A DNA stretch of 64,000 nucleotides from Phoronis australis (Eukaryota > Animalia > Phoronida). The stretch spans positions 562,747 to 626,746 of the forward strand of contig NMRA01000113.1 in assembly GCA_002633005.1 (NCBI GenBank), written 5' to 3'. Under the pieces are notes generated by a model. That model did not search any database. It saw nothing but the letters and a program-made list of their open reading frames with translations, and was not told the DNA's origin. Shown here one piece after another: positions 37,772 to 52,100 of the stretch; the first letter of the stretch is position 1; every line of letters begins with the position of its first letter. Both the position numbers and the translations under genes were made by a program.

Positions 37772-38196
37772 GTCGTTGATTCGTCGTCTTGGCTTTCGTT
37801 ATTCCTTCAAAAATTCTACGCAGTGCACTAACAAAAGACGTAGATATCTAATTTCCAGAAAGTCTACGACAGTTCTTAAACACAAATTACACCAATTAAC
37901 AGCATAAAACGCTGTTAAAAGTTAACACAAATTATCTGTTGACGATCAGCATATTACGATCAGCAAAGCACGCCGGACAGACTTCCGCTCCTGGTCTAAT
38001 GGTAATGTAATTTTTATAAAACCGACAACAGTTAAAATGGAAAAAAAGTTATACATTAAACTAAAAAAAATATATTTTTGCCAGCATAATATGACTAAAC
38101 ACGATGTGAATATACAAACTAGGTCCAATTACGTAATATTATCTGGAAAAACTTATCATAATAAAACACATTTTACAAGACAATCTTACTGCAAAA
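37772..38196. promoter_or_regulatory. Bidirectional promoter between CCNDBP1 and PDCD5
   Basis: Divergent ATGs separated by 425 bp. YY1-like AAAATGGCGG overlaps the PDCD5 start and ATGGCG the CCNDBP1 start. Confidence 0.75.
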
Positions 38197-41100
38197 ATGG
38201 CGGACGACGAACTAGAAGCTTTGAAAGCGAAGCGTTTGCAAGAAATGCAAAGCCAGTTTGGGGTACGAGTACCGAGTTTCATGCGTCACAGTATTGAGGA
38301 ATATTACTATGAAGACACACTCAGAAAACTCCTTTGTGCCCTCGTGTCTTTGTTTTAAAAGTTGTTACTGTTATAAAATATATGGTGAAAAATCTGTAGT
38401 CGGATACAGGCATAGTACACATGTCGGTCTCTGGAGAATCAGTTACTCCAGTGAATATGTTATTCAGTGGGAGCAACTGATTATCAAACCAATTTTAATC
38501 AGGGACCCACCTATTAGACTATTACAAGGGCGGCGCACCATAGGAGGCTGGGGCTATAGCCTATAGCCCCACTTTTTTCAGGGCTGCACCGCCCATGTAT
38601 TACTGAAAAATCACCTGACTTGAATCAACTAGGGGACCTTATAGAACATACCGGCGAATGTTGGGTATAAAGTTTTTAAAAGAAGAATGGTTCTCGAAAT
38701 GCAGGTACTTAACAAAGCAGGGAGTACTGCTTACGGCGTTGCATATTGCATATAGAACAGCCGCAAGTCTGACAAGGTTAGCAGTAGCACCACTATAGGA
38801 CACTTATGATTGGCCGCTGTTTGGCCTTGATCAAAGGTCAAGCAGCAGCCAGACTTGCGGCGGCTCTATATAGCGTTGTAATAACATACGCTATACTCCC
38901 TTCTTTACGTAAGCTGTATACTTATCAAACTTGAAAAAAGCTCCTGTGCAGTGTTGAAAAATCCTCTGGTGCCGAGATTCAAACCAGGCATCTGTTTTGT
39001 GAGCTAAGCATTCAAAATTTTCAGCCAATTGGCAATTGCAAACAGTGATTGCATGGTTCTCTAAACTAGGAACCATTATATTCCACCACATGTTTCCTAT
39101 AAACCCTCATGCAAATGGTTTGAATGTTGAGCGAAATGCTCGACTCTCACATGAAGAGCCCCGATTCGAGTCCAGCCTCCCGTTCAGTAACGCTAGGACC
39201 TAGCTTAAAAGCAAGACTTTGCGAGATTACGCGAGATATTGCCGTGTATTTTAAATTAGAGCACGTGACCTTGACTAGCTTTTGGCTAGGTCCTAGCCTA
39301 GGTCCTAGCGTCTACTGAACGCACGCCAGGTGTCATCAAATTTTTCATTGACATTGACACCCAACTAAGGTGAGTCCCGTGAATTCCCTAAGATGTTAAA
39401 CTGTTCTTAAGTAGTGGAAGGAGGGGCTGCCGGCCAGGTGGTGATGGATCCAGAACACAAGAAGGGTGTAGCCGAGTGCAAATTCCAGGATGCTAGGGTA
39501 TTGTTGAAATCTTAAGTCAAGAGGCATGCCAGTTACGCTGAAGGCGAAGGTGATGCAGTGTTGAATTGCTGTACGTGAACTTGGAATCCTGCTTAATCTT
39601 GAGATTAAGCAGGATTCCAAGTAGTGAAAGTTGAGTGAAGTGAGAGTTGCATGAACTTGGAATATGTGAGGCAACTTCACAAGTTCACTCAAATAATCGC
39701 GTTCAAAATTTGCACTGCACTAAATCAAGTTACATTTGAATATAATAATGTCAATTTTAACCAACCTTTTCAACTATGGGCGATCAGTTTCACCAAACAA
39801 TAAATCAATTTAGCCATTCACATATTCCTCTGGTTCAGCGACACAAGTTACGGTAAAGGAGAAAATGGTTGATCGCGAGGCCAATAATTGCAAAAATTCT
39901 TTTCACCAAACAAAAATTTCACCTTTTTGCCTTAAAGAATATTCAATTCCAAGTTCACGCAACACTCACTTCCGCTTAATCTTGAGATTAAGCAGGATTC
40001 CAAGTTCACGTACAGCAGTATCACTTGACTTTCTGGCGTGACAATCCAATAAAGCCTCTACAAGTCACCTGCTAAGTAGCAATTGCCTCTTAAGCGAACT
40101 TAACAATTGAGAGGCATGCTCGTAATATGGGAGTGGCAACTCCCAGACAAGGCACATGGTTAACATGAGGAGCATAAAGGTGGCACACTTAATCCAGTGT
40201 AGAAGGGTCAGGACTGTTGTTACATATGACCTCTTGACTGAACAGTTTGGACACTTGGCTCACATGTCGGAGATACGTGGTTCGAATCTCATTAATGGTG
40301 AATTTTCCACGTAGGCACACCTCCTGGTAACAGAACTAAATAGCATTCTCCCTGTGTTCTGGATCCACCACCACCAGGCCCATCCAGTGAACTCCACGAC
40401 CGCTCAGCCTGCGCTGCCTCCATAATTAGATGGGGAGGAGTGCAATCTGCTGTAATTGTAGTAATACTGGGTTATGCTTAGTCATCCAATCGCCAATGTG
40501 ACTAAAATAAGAAATACGTCAAGTAACCATAGATAACGAGGTGCATAAATCGTGTATTGAAATTTACCAGTGTTGTGTGCAATACTTGTATACTCTACAC
40601 GCATGGCGAAAATACTCCACACCCTGTGACCATTTCCAAAGCTGCATGGGGGCTAGTGGCCAATTGAATGAACTACATGTCCTGAATTTCTAGCGCATTT
40701 GTTTACTTTGCGCAAACATTGATTGTCCTTTCTTCTACAATTGACATATCAACAAGATTTTGAGTAATGGTTCAACAGACTAATTGGAACACAGCATTCT
40801 TGACACACCTTTGTTTCCAAGCTGCCCTTTTACCTGACAAACAACACGTTGTCAGGTAAAACTTATTGTTTGTTTGTCGAGTTTAGGCAAGTGAGCAGAG
40901 CTCGCGCTAGCTCAATTTCATCTTCATTGCAGCTATCAGTTTCAGCTTTAATATACAGCTTTAGAGAATTCTGTCTTGGAATTCTGAATATTATTGCGAA
41001 TAAGCAGGGACCTTTTGATACAATGTCCCTTACTAAAGGGATTGGTATATTATTTGTTTTGTTTGAAATAAGGGATATATTTTAGAAAATGTTACAAGTA

Positions 41101-44100
41101 AAAGAAGTCGTAATAAAGATGAAATGATGGAAAATATAGCATTAGTGTGTAAACAAAGTCTCCAAATGTGCTGAAAAGTTTGGGGAACAAAGTTGAGACC
41201 CTTTTGGGATTGTTTCATGCAACCTGCTATAGATTCCTTACCAGGAATCCGGGTCTAAAATTTGGTCTCTTAGTATGGAGTATTTTCTGCTAAGGTGTGA
41301 GTTTAGGGGCACTTATATGGAGTTGCGTGTTTGCTGGTCCAGTATTGGGGCTTAGGGGATCAAATCTAAAATTAAGAGGCACAGTCGTGGAATGGTTTCA
41401 ACAACTTCGTATTTTCAATTTTCAGCATGGTGAATATTTTGTCAGTATTTATCTAGAATTAAACTCTGTTTTTCTAGTCATCACTATGAAAAACCTTAAC
41501 ATTTTCTTTCTAGTTTTTCTGAACCCATTGAGAAAATACATGTGTGATTACTATTTATATTTGTTGTCCGTGTTCTCTGTTCAAGAGTGGCCAGGGTCCG
41601 TCTCAGGAGGAACAACAGCAGATGGTCAAGCAGCAACAAGAGTTCAGAAATAGTGTTCTTTCTCAAGTGCTCAATCAATCAGCTAGGGGCCGATGTAAGC
41701 ACCTTGACTATCCTTACCAGTATTGCCTCTTCTGTTGCTTGATGAAACTGTTTCATTGCTTTAGCTGCAATTGTAGATGGCTGTTGCAATGTCAAATTGT
41801 TTTCATGGCACATTATTTAGGTTCACTGGCTCAGTTTATCCAAAAAGGGCCAGTACAATAGAGGCACAGAGCAGAAAAATCACTATGATTAACAGTTTTC
41901 ACTCTTCAAATTAGCTGACCAGCATATCAAATTTCCATCTGCTTCCCAAACTATTCTATGTCATGCCACCTAATCGGTTCAAGTGCTATGTAAAATTTGT
42001 GTGCAGGAATGATGAACAATTAAGGGTCATTTCTTTTTCTCACAATAACCATCTCTAGTTTGGTTTTTAAACTTGTCGTGTTGCACTGATACATCACAAC
42101 TTCATGCTGATCGCTGTGGTTTGATTGTCTGGTTTTAAACCGATTTCATAGACAGGTGACTTTATTTTTATTCCATCCAAGTTAAACTCACTGAATTTGT
42201 TTAAGACAAATAAGTGTTAGATTGTACTGTGCAAATTTTCATTGATTATATCCCTGTCCTTAAAACACATTTTTCTCTATGCATGTGACTTCCATCCACA
42301 CGCATCCTCCGAACTCGACAAAAATGCACTCCAGGATCAATTTTTTTGACAATGCAACTTTCTATAACTTCTTCTTTACGGGTAAAATTTTGTCCACACA
42401 TACTGGTACTCACAACCAAAAATGCAACTTTTGAAAACGGTGACTTCCTCATTGTATTACTGTCAAGGTAACCGTGTGGATGGAAAACTTTAAAAACTCA
42501 AAGAACAGTTGGATTTTTGGTATTTGGCATTACCTGTGTGGTTGGAGAACTTTTTGAAAACTCCAATGAAAAAGTTGGTTTTTCAAATAAAACAGAGCTT
42601 GAGTCATAAAAACTGTCCAAGACCAGCTATGTCTAGCCACTCTAAAACTGGGATTTGATTTTCTCTGTTTTCAGTAAGTAACATAGCTGTGGCCAAACCA
42701 GAAAAGGCTCGTGTGATAGAAGACATGATTATACAGATGGCAAGAAGTGGGCAAATTCAAGGAAAGGTAGTGAATTGACTTTATCAATTGTTGACATTTC
42801 AACAAAGAGAACATTTGAATACAACTAATTCACAATAGACTTGGGGCATTGTATTTACATGCACGTAACTACTTGTTCATTTTTGTTGCTTTGCCAAATG
42901 CATTGCTACGAATATTTCTTTATACGACGACAATTGAATAGCGAGGAGCAAGTGAAGCAAACAACAGTGAGACAACATAAGTAAGTCTTCACTAGAACTG
43001 CACAATTTTACTGTTCTGTTGATGCTGGAATGAAAAAATGCTGCTATATAGAGATTGTTTTACATTTAGGCATTCTCACATTGTAAGATTGCCTTTATTC
43101 TTCACATAATAGTATATTCTGTCACTGTGACATTGCATTAAAGATGTATTTGCATGCTGCTAACTATGCTAATGTATAGCAGAAATTAAAGGACAATGCT
43201 ATTTTAATATCATCTACGCTAAACAAAGTGCAACTTATAAATGTAAGAAAATAGGAGACCTTTGCACTAATGATGTACCTTGAGAGCTCTCATAGCCCGC
43301 ATCATGCACTGTTATTCTCCAACACCATGTCACGATACTTACTGGACGCAGTTGAGTGATTTATGGTGGATCATTTTCTACACAAAACTCATTCTTAAAA
43401 ACATTTTGAACTTTTCAATGTATTTCATATTCACATAGTCACTATATGTTGTGTTTCTAACTATTTTGACCTAGCAGTCACAGTGATTAGGAATTAGCGT
43501 GCAAGTTCCACTTTAATTCTTCACACAGTGGCGCATTCTGTCACTGTAAGATTACCCATAATTTTGGCAACATCTATGAAAGTGATAACAGATGATGACG
43601 ACATCGTATCTGACTACCACTGTACCCTCTGATGACAATTTTTTACGTCTTCCTCAGTCTATATCTTGATGGATTTTCATAAAATTTGTTACAAAACAGG
43701 TTTGTATTAAAGAGTTGATGAAACCCTTTCATTTTCGGACAGATTTCACATCTGTTACCCACCAGGTGGCCATTTTTATCATTTTGATTCTGGTTTTTGG
43801 TGTCTGCCTCTCTGTTGACATAATCACTCTAAGGATCATTATGAAAATTGACATGTAACAGTACTGGGAAGTACACCTATGGTTGTTTGATCTTACTGAT
43901 GTTTTTATATCCATTACAGTTGGACGAAGATCAGTTTAAGTCAATACTGGAACGTGTAAGTGAACAAACTCAGAAAAAAACTACTGTTAAGGTAAGCAAA
44001 TTATAACAGTTATACTTAGCTAACTTCAACAAAGTTTGATCAAGCTTCATAATACGTCACCTTATTTGACATTTTTCTCCAAGGTTGAATTTTCCCGTTA

Positions 44101-45125
44101 CTAATTATTTCTCGGACAGCTTGAAAAAGACTATTGATAAGAAAAGTAAATTAGGATTAACAAAATAATCTTGAAACGACCTAACTTGTTAAGGCCATCG
44201 CCTGTTTGAACAAGACTATTTCAAGTTTAGAAAACCTACACAAGATAGAATAAGATTGCTGGTCATTAACGTAATGTAACCTTAGTGCTGTCACCAAGCA
44301 AACTAGTTTTCTTATCAACTACTAAATTAAATGAAAATGAACATATCCCATGTTATATTCATGGTTGACATTATAGTTGATAGAAAGGTTATGCTAATCG
44401 GGTACCTTGAATAAAGTAGACCCAAAAAGCTTGAATAATGATTGGCCAAGCTTGAATAAGTTTGGGTAGTTTGTATTAATGTAGTCTGTAAGGATCATTC
44501 ATGCAATAGGAATTTGGTGTGGTGCAGTCATTATCTGAAAATGGTGCATGTTTAGTCACATGAAGAGTGCAGACTTGTCAATGCATCATACACCACATTC
44601 TGTCAACATTCATGTTTAGTAGAGTGCAGGTCTGTCAATGCATCATACCTAATTCTGACAATATACATGTTTAGTCACATGTGGAGTGCAGTCTTGTCAA
44701 AGCATCATACCAATTCTGCCATAATTTAGTCACATATTGTGTGTGTGCGTGCGTGCGTGTCATTACATTTCAGGGGCAGATGTGTTTATTAGTCCTCCAT
44801 TGTTTTGCTTCTAAGCACCAGAAAGTGTAATCAACAAAGTTGGCTTACAAAAATTATCCACTGGAACTTTTCTATGTCCACTGCTGTTAAAAAATTGTAA
44901 TGCCACATACTATATTGTGATGTCATTAACACTTTTCCCCATACGATTTCAACAGTACCCTTGCTAAATTTCTAAAACAAAGTAACCCCCTGTCCAGTCT
45001 TACTTGACAGAAATACTGACAAGATTTCTCACGAGGTCCTGGTGTAGTATTGTGGCCTTTTTACATTTTCATTTTTCCTCATTTAGTTCAACCGAAGAAG
45101 ATTGGACGACTCGGATGATGACTGA
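38197..45125 (+). CDS. PDCD5: Programmed cell death protein 5, 5 exons, 125 aa
   Basis: Exons 38197-38262, 41586-41694, 42675-42766, 43920-43991, 45087-45125 (378 nt). MADDELEALKAKRLQEMQ...RNSVLSQVLNQSARGRLSNIAVAKPEKA...QMARSGQ...TTVKFNRRRLDDSDDD. Confidence 0.96.
38525..38597. mobile_element. 73-bp MITE with 5-bp TSD in PDCD5 intron 1 (same family as 37459)
   Basis: CAAGGGCGGCGCACCATAGG...CACCGCCCATG, flanked by TATTA on both sides. Confidence 0.8.
39181..39321. mobile_element. Small TIR element (MITE)
   Basis: CGTTCAGTAACGCTAGGACCTAG ... CTAGGTCCTAGCGTCTACTGAACG. Confidence 0.6.
39567..40017. mobile_element. MITE with long TIRs and internal palindromes
   Basis: TGCTGTACGTGAACTTGGAATCCTGCTTAATCT ... 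AGATTAAGCAGGATTCCAAGTTCACGTACAGCA. Confidence 0.75.
40230..40400 (+). mobile_element. SINE-like relic (related pieces at ~39410-39510 on - and ~58060-58140 on +)
   Basis: B-box-like GGTTCGAATCTC, plus a CTGTGTTCTGGATCCAC-type core shared by three loci. Confidence 0.45.
44547..44720. repeat. ~59-bp minisatellite x3 in PDCD5 intron 4
   Basis: CATGTTTAGT...GAGTGCAG.CTTGTCAATGCATCATAC repeated. Confidence 0.85.
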
Positions 45126-46136
45126 GGTCCCACACAGCTATTGGACGACTCGTACTACTGATGTGCTGTACAGCTATTGTAGCTTCATCAGTATGACCAC
45201 TGGCTTTAGGGAATGTAATGGACATGGACCCATCGATATTGTGTATATTTTGTGTGAATTCTCTTTGAAAGTGTCTGCCAGTGTACTTTGGAATAGTATG
45301 TGACAGGCCTTTTGCTTACACGCGAGTCGCAGCTGTAGGTGCTTACTGCTACTGTAAGCCAGCGTCGAGTACTTTCATCACCTGTATAGACTGGACTGCC
45401 TATGATGGTACCAGTATTTTCTATGTTTAGGCAGCTACAATAGAAAATAGTGTGGCATTGTTTTGCATTAATAAACAGAACAAAATGCCCAATTCTGTAA
45501 GTGCGATAAAGCTGGGTACAATCAAAGAAAAGTAACATAAAAAATATTGATTTAGTAAAGTCAAAAGCAATTTGAAACAGTTTAATCTCTTTTATGTTAC
45601 CCAAAACTATGTCTCTGAGTTCAAACTCACTTGTAATAAAGGAAGTAAGAATTCTGAAGGCTCTGTATCATGTCAGTTGCTACATAAAGGGGAATGCTAC
45701 TGAAAATTGACCCATTTATTTATACTAACCCATAACAGATGAACCAACTGGCTTTAACTTTATCAATGTTTTTTACCTCATTACATACAGTGTACATGAT
45801 GTTATATGTAACCCACTGCACAATGCGTCCAAAACTTATGGAATACCAAATCTCATACTGTGTATGCAACTGCTTTCATTTGAATTTTGGATAATAAATA
45901 ATATAAAACGAGTGATATTTTATTATTTTAAGAATTTACATACAAATATGTCAAGCTTATTAAACAAACACAGAAGTATAACATTGTCATACATTTAACA
46001 CCTTTAAGTTAGTAAGCTTTGAAATAACCAGACTGTCTACTCAAATATATTGTTCAACATAAAATATTGCAACAATCTTTTAAAAATGTAAATCAGATGA
46101 CTAATGCATCTCAACAATAATACAAAGGTGCCTCTT

Positions 46137-49100
46137 CTACTGCTCTTTCTTCTCTTGCTTTACTGGTTCCTTAAATACTTGACCGTACTCATTCACTCGA
46201 GTTTTGTCAACAGGATACAACCTGAAGCAAAGGCATATAGATTTTAAAACTAAAAATACTGGAATTTTTGAAGTGCAAGACTGCATATTTATTTAAGATT
46301 AGAGATCTTGATTAGTAACGAACAGTGACACTGAATCAAGCCAGTGTTGCATTAACCCAACATGGTTGATCACTACCACAGCCAACTATCCGACTGTAAT
46401 TGGTCAGAAATACATTAAAACTAAAATCTAGATCATTGCTTAGTTTAAAAAACAACCATATAACAGGGAACAATATCGAATACTTCTGACAATTAAAGTC
46501 ACAGCATCTATAAAATAAATGAATCAAAAAATGACATCCTTTAGTCAATATTATTACTTTAAACTATATTTGTAGAGTGTTGCATATCACAAGAAAGTTC
46601 TCATCTACTCCACTTCCAATATCGCAAAACTTGTAATCACAGTGTAGCAATAGTCATAACCAACTTGCAAGAAGTGTGAAAAGTTGCACAAGAGGTTTCA
46701 CAACCAAATCGATGTTCAGATTTCATTATTTTTTCATCAGTTGTTAAATTGTGCAATATTGCATATTAGCAGTATGTCTATCCAGACAATACAATAAGCC
46801 ACCCTGAATCTTAGAAATGTTTGCGAACATGCTGTGTATCAATTGTGAAAGTTAAAGTTACAGATTTGGGCTTTGTTCAGATCCATAAATATATTGTGAA
46901 CGTGCCTAAAATTTTTAAAGGAGGATCTGCTCATATGAATAAAGATACAATCACTGTTGTTAGCAGTGGTTCGTAAAAGGAATAAATAAACTTTCTTGTA
47001 CCCTAATTGCCTGGTAATAATAGTTTGGTTGACATGTCGGAACTATTCATTCCCAATAAAAGAAACAAAGTTATTTGTTGTTTCTATCTTGTTGGATCTT
47101 TAGAGGGATTTTAACAATTTACTGTATACAGGAAGGATGTTTATTGATATGAGGACCGGTACAGCTACCCTACCCTACTGATGATAACAGGACCAGTGCA
47201 GTTACCCTACCCTGTGTGAAAGGTCTTGGAAGGCCTACAACACTGCTTCGCATCTTCCAGTTTTAAAACGTCGGACAAGCCTTAAAGTGATTTTGTTAAG
47301 CAAATTGCAGTATATAAGGAGTTCAACTGTGTCATACAGTACTGTGAGCAAGATGGAACAAACACGTGAGAAGAGATTTTAAATAAAAAGTACCACATTT
47401 GGACCAAATTCAGGATAGAGAGATCAATTACTTTAAAGAGAGGGATAACAAACCCATTTGGATTACAGTAGAAAACTCATTCAACTAAAACGGCAGCATT
47501 CTGTTCAAATTATCGATAACCTGGGATTGCATGAAACATAAATTAATATGCAATAGTCGCTTTTGATAACCTCAACAATGATATTCATTAGTACACATGT
47601 ACACGACAACGCAATCTTAAAATTCCTTTATTGTATAAGGAGGCAGGTTGTTCCAGACCTGCAGTTTTGGTAATAACAGTTGTCCAGAGTAGATTATAAT
47701 TTTCATCAGCCTCCATGGTTTCAACCAAATTCTATTTTTATAAAGTTAAGTAGCACATGAACTACTCCAGGTACTCATCAAGGAACTCTGTATACGAACA
47801 GCACACTTATTGTATTAACATAAGTCAACAGTTTAGAGGACAGTTTGCTAAAATGTAAGGTTTAATGACCAGCATTTAATTGTTTAATTAATTTGGTCAA
47901 CATTAAGCCCAACGATAGAAACTTACATTCATGACTAAATCAAAGACATTTGGGTATGGGACTCGTCCTTGAGGTAATATAATGTCATCATAGTATACAC
48001 TTGAAGGTTATTTCATCAGGCAATCTGTTTCACGATTTTGCAATACTATAAGCACTACACTCCAGCCTTGCCTGTCTAGGGTTGCCTGTTGTCACGGTAA
48101 CGATGTCATCTTGGAGAAACAGTTGCCCCCTCTCAGGCTGGTATTCCTTGTCTTCAGGCACCAATATCATTGTTTCATCGGTCTTTCCGTGTTAATTTCC
48201 AACTCTTTGCTTATTATTTAAATATTGTCTTTCATTTTGTAATTCTGTTAGTTTATCTTACTGTCTGTATGTTTTTACTGAGGGCCCCATTTAAAGCAGT
48301 GTGAACTGATGGGGCTAACCTCATTGTATATATTATATTAATAAATAAATCAATAAATAAACACTGCTCTCGCTGGCTTAATTGTGTATAAATGAAGCAA
48401 TCTGACGCTACTTACCATCGTTGGTATAAATATATAACAAATACCACATCATCACGGAAGCAAGCTAATCGATGGGCTGTTGGCATGGTGATAATGAAGG
48501 CAAAGATATCATCTATGAAGGTGTTGAATGCCTGCAAAAGAAAGACCAATCCATACATTCGCATCGTACTTCTAATGCTTGCAATGCGGATATTAAACAA
48601 ACACATTTTAAATAAGTGATACGCGAAGTTGCTGATTAGTTCAGATCTCCAATAAACAATTTCAACATAGAATACTGTATATACACAAGCTTACCTTGTA
48701 CATGAAGGCCCTCCAAGGTAAGTGAGCAACAGACTTGAGCTGAAATATATGAACTAAGTTATAAATCCATGCAGTTGCCTTACAACTCGCTGACAGTTCT
48801 ATAACAATGGCACAAATATATAAATCCATGCAGTTGCCTTACAACTCGCTGACGGTTCTATAACAATGGCACAAATATATAATCCATGCACTTGACTTAC
48901 AACTTGCTGACGGTTCTATAACAATTGCACAAATATATAATCCATGCAGTTGCCTTACAACTTGCTGACGGTTCTATAACAATTGCACAAATATATAAAT
49001 CCATAGTGTAACTACTCTGCTCGAAAAGTTTCACTAAGAATGGCTTTATAAATACCAATGAAAGACTTGTAGATGTTTCACTAACACTAAATACACAAAC

Positions 49101-52100
49101 TACTAAACACTAAGTGTAGCTACACTGCTTCTTGCACCACTAAATATCTAGTAAGTTGTCATGCTAAGCTGGTCATAACGGGTTTATGAATGTAATTTTT
49201 CATACTGTTCTTTGTAAATCCTTGACAATTAAGCAAACAATGATGTGATAAGTAAATATTTCACTGAGAACAGTTGTACTCACTTTGTAGTTCACAAACA
49301 ACTGTGGCATCATGAATAGAAATCCAAACGCATAAATACCATTGACAAGGCTCTGTATGCTCCAAGAGTACCAACTGTGGAACAGGAAACAAACATTAAA
49401 TAGACAACACCAGGAATATAGATATATCATACAACTTGCGAGTTGCAAGGCACTACCCTCCTCAGCTGCAAACCGAACACGATAACACAGTTTCGGTGAC
49501 TATTGACGGTACTGCCATCTCTGGCGTCGCCAGCAGCAAAAAGTCACCATGTGGTGTCTGTTGGACAGTCAGCCAGAGTGGCTGGACCAACATTGTCTGG
49601 TCTTTAACCAAACATGTAGTCATTCAACTTACAGCTACTTCATTAATGCAGCATAATATATGAATTCCCTTAGTTGCTCAAATGAATACTTGTTGCCTAA
49701 CAAGAAAAGGGAGTACTTGATTGATTTGGTTTTATTTTGGCTGCACCTAAAAAGGCCAAACACAAAAATACAAAGATTGTAAAGAATGGCGTATAACAAA
49801 TTTCCATTGGAACTAGACATTAAATGAACTGGTTGTTTGAATGCAGAGCACTTTAACTGACTAAGTTCATAAGTGTTCTTAAAATAACACTGGACAGTAG
49901 CAAGTGATCAAGAAAACAAACCTTTTGTGTGGTGTATACAATAGTGAATAAATGGCACCAGCAGCACACAGTGGATATAAGAAGTATGAGAGGTACTTCA
50001 TTGCCTGAAATGTAAGGAAAATTCTCCAGATGATCTCATTGCCACATTGTGAGCTCCTAAAGAAGAACAGAGAACATCAAAACCATAGATGATCTCATTG
50101 ATCAATTATCCATTTAATAGTAAAATAGAACAGAAAAATACAAAAACTGACTTTGAGTTCGAGGACTGGATTTCGAAGCCAGAAGTCTCGACAATCACAT
50201 CAACAAACATTTAAAACTGTAATCCTTATACACCACTATTTTTTGGGTTGCAAATTCTGAGACTGGCCACTACGTTTGTCTGGAAACAACATCAACCACC
50301 AAGACTTGTATTTGCATGATGAGAACACAGTGCTGTCAGGGGAAGAAATGCTCTTCTCATCCTATTCCAAGCTTTAATAACACAGACACTTATGATGTAG
50401 GGAAAAGCCCATGGTCCATTTTATCAAAGGGTGTGAGTGCAGCCTGAACAGAGACAAAGTTGTAATTTCCGTAATCGCACAGTTTATTACCGTGGTTTGT
50501 TTAGGCAGAACATGAAAAATTATCAACTTTATGTCAGTTGCAACGTTTTTGCTGTTCTGAAACACCCCCCTTAACTATGACCTGACTAGAACAACTTTTG
50601 ATAAAACGGGCCAAAATGTAATTTGTTTCATTGCAAAGTCGAGGTTAATAAATTCAAAAAAAGAAAATAAAACTTACCTGAGCATCAAACTCCTCCGTCT
50701 GCTTTTCTTTTTCACTGTGAGATCCAAGCTGCAAAAACATTGACATAATGAATTACAAAAAGGTAATTTTTTTCAATAGCAGGCGGGGATCATTTTGGAA
50801 AAGCATGGACATGGGTCAAATCATAATTATGGATGTTTAAACTATTTAGGCAAGTGCCTACTTGCAACGTTTTAGGTGAAATTACTTTCTCCAATTAGGT
50901 GGCGCCATTATTGCACAAAACAGTACGCAGCACCCACGACTCCCATGCTTTGCCAGGCTACACGTCTCATACTCAATTACAATGGTAATGAAATTACGAA
51001 CAATTGGTTATTTTCACGATCTTCTCAACTTAGTTACATTTCATATTTTGTCTATTAGCCTCATTGGTGCATGCATATGGCAACACACAATTGACATTTT
51101 ACACATCTACACATCAATTTTCAAAAACTTCTCCCAGTACCACACACAAATAGAGTAATTCTTTAGCAAAACATAGCTAATATTCAGATTGCTGATAGCT
51201 ATTTACAGAAATGTTATTATCAGATTTCAGAAAATCCATAACATTCCATGCCCATGTAATTTCCCAAGCAGCAGGCTATAATATTGCTCTTCAATATATT
51301 TTAAGTACGGCATTACCAAAGTACATATACCATTAGCAAAGAAGGAGGAAAAAATGACCATTTTATTTCGAAGCAGTGGCCTTTCAGAGTATAGAACTTT
51401 TGATGTGTATTGTGTATTTGCTTCAAGGGGTGGCACTTTGAAAATAAAATCATCACAGTAACGTCCCTTTTAAGAAAAGGCTCTTCAGAGGAACTGACTG
51501 CATTACACTTATAAAAGTCAGATGTTAGCCTTTGAAAGCACCAATAGCCACTGAACTAGTGAAGTAAAAAAACCTTTGAGGCAATGCAGCCAAAAATCAG
51601 ATACACAGCATAACTAGGGTATGGCTGTATGACTTGCCTGAATAGACGGTATCCAGCCACTCCACAACAAGGTGACCTTAAATGCCTTCTTAACCTTCCA
51701 AACCTACAAAGACACTCTGATTGATCATTTGTGTCAGAGTATATTATTGTTCGGAATTGTTGGGCCAATGTCTAGCATTGTTAATGAAAACACAAGACAC
51801 TTACCATGTATTACAAATTGACTGACGTCCTTTTTTAAATATGGTTATCTTCTATTTAGGTTTCAAATTAAATAATGAATGAGGTCAAAATCTCACTTTA
51901 TCAATGAATAATGTACGTAAGATCATGTAATGACTTCAGCCACAAACAGGAACAATATCTTTACACAATAAGAAATATAATGTGCTAAAAGGCAATTTTC
52001 AGGAAGTATCTGATGGTCACAAATAGTTAACCTGTTGCTGCAAAATGAAATCACATCACCGCATCATGACAGTATACCCATGTCAAAGTAAAAAACAAAG

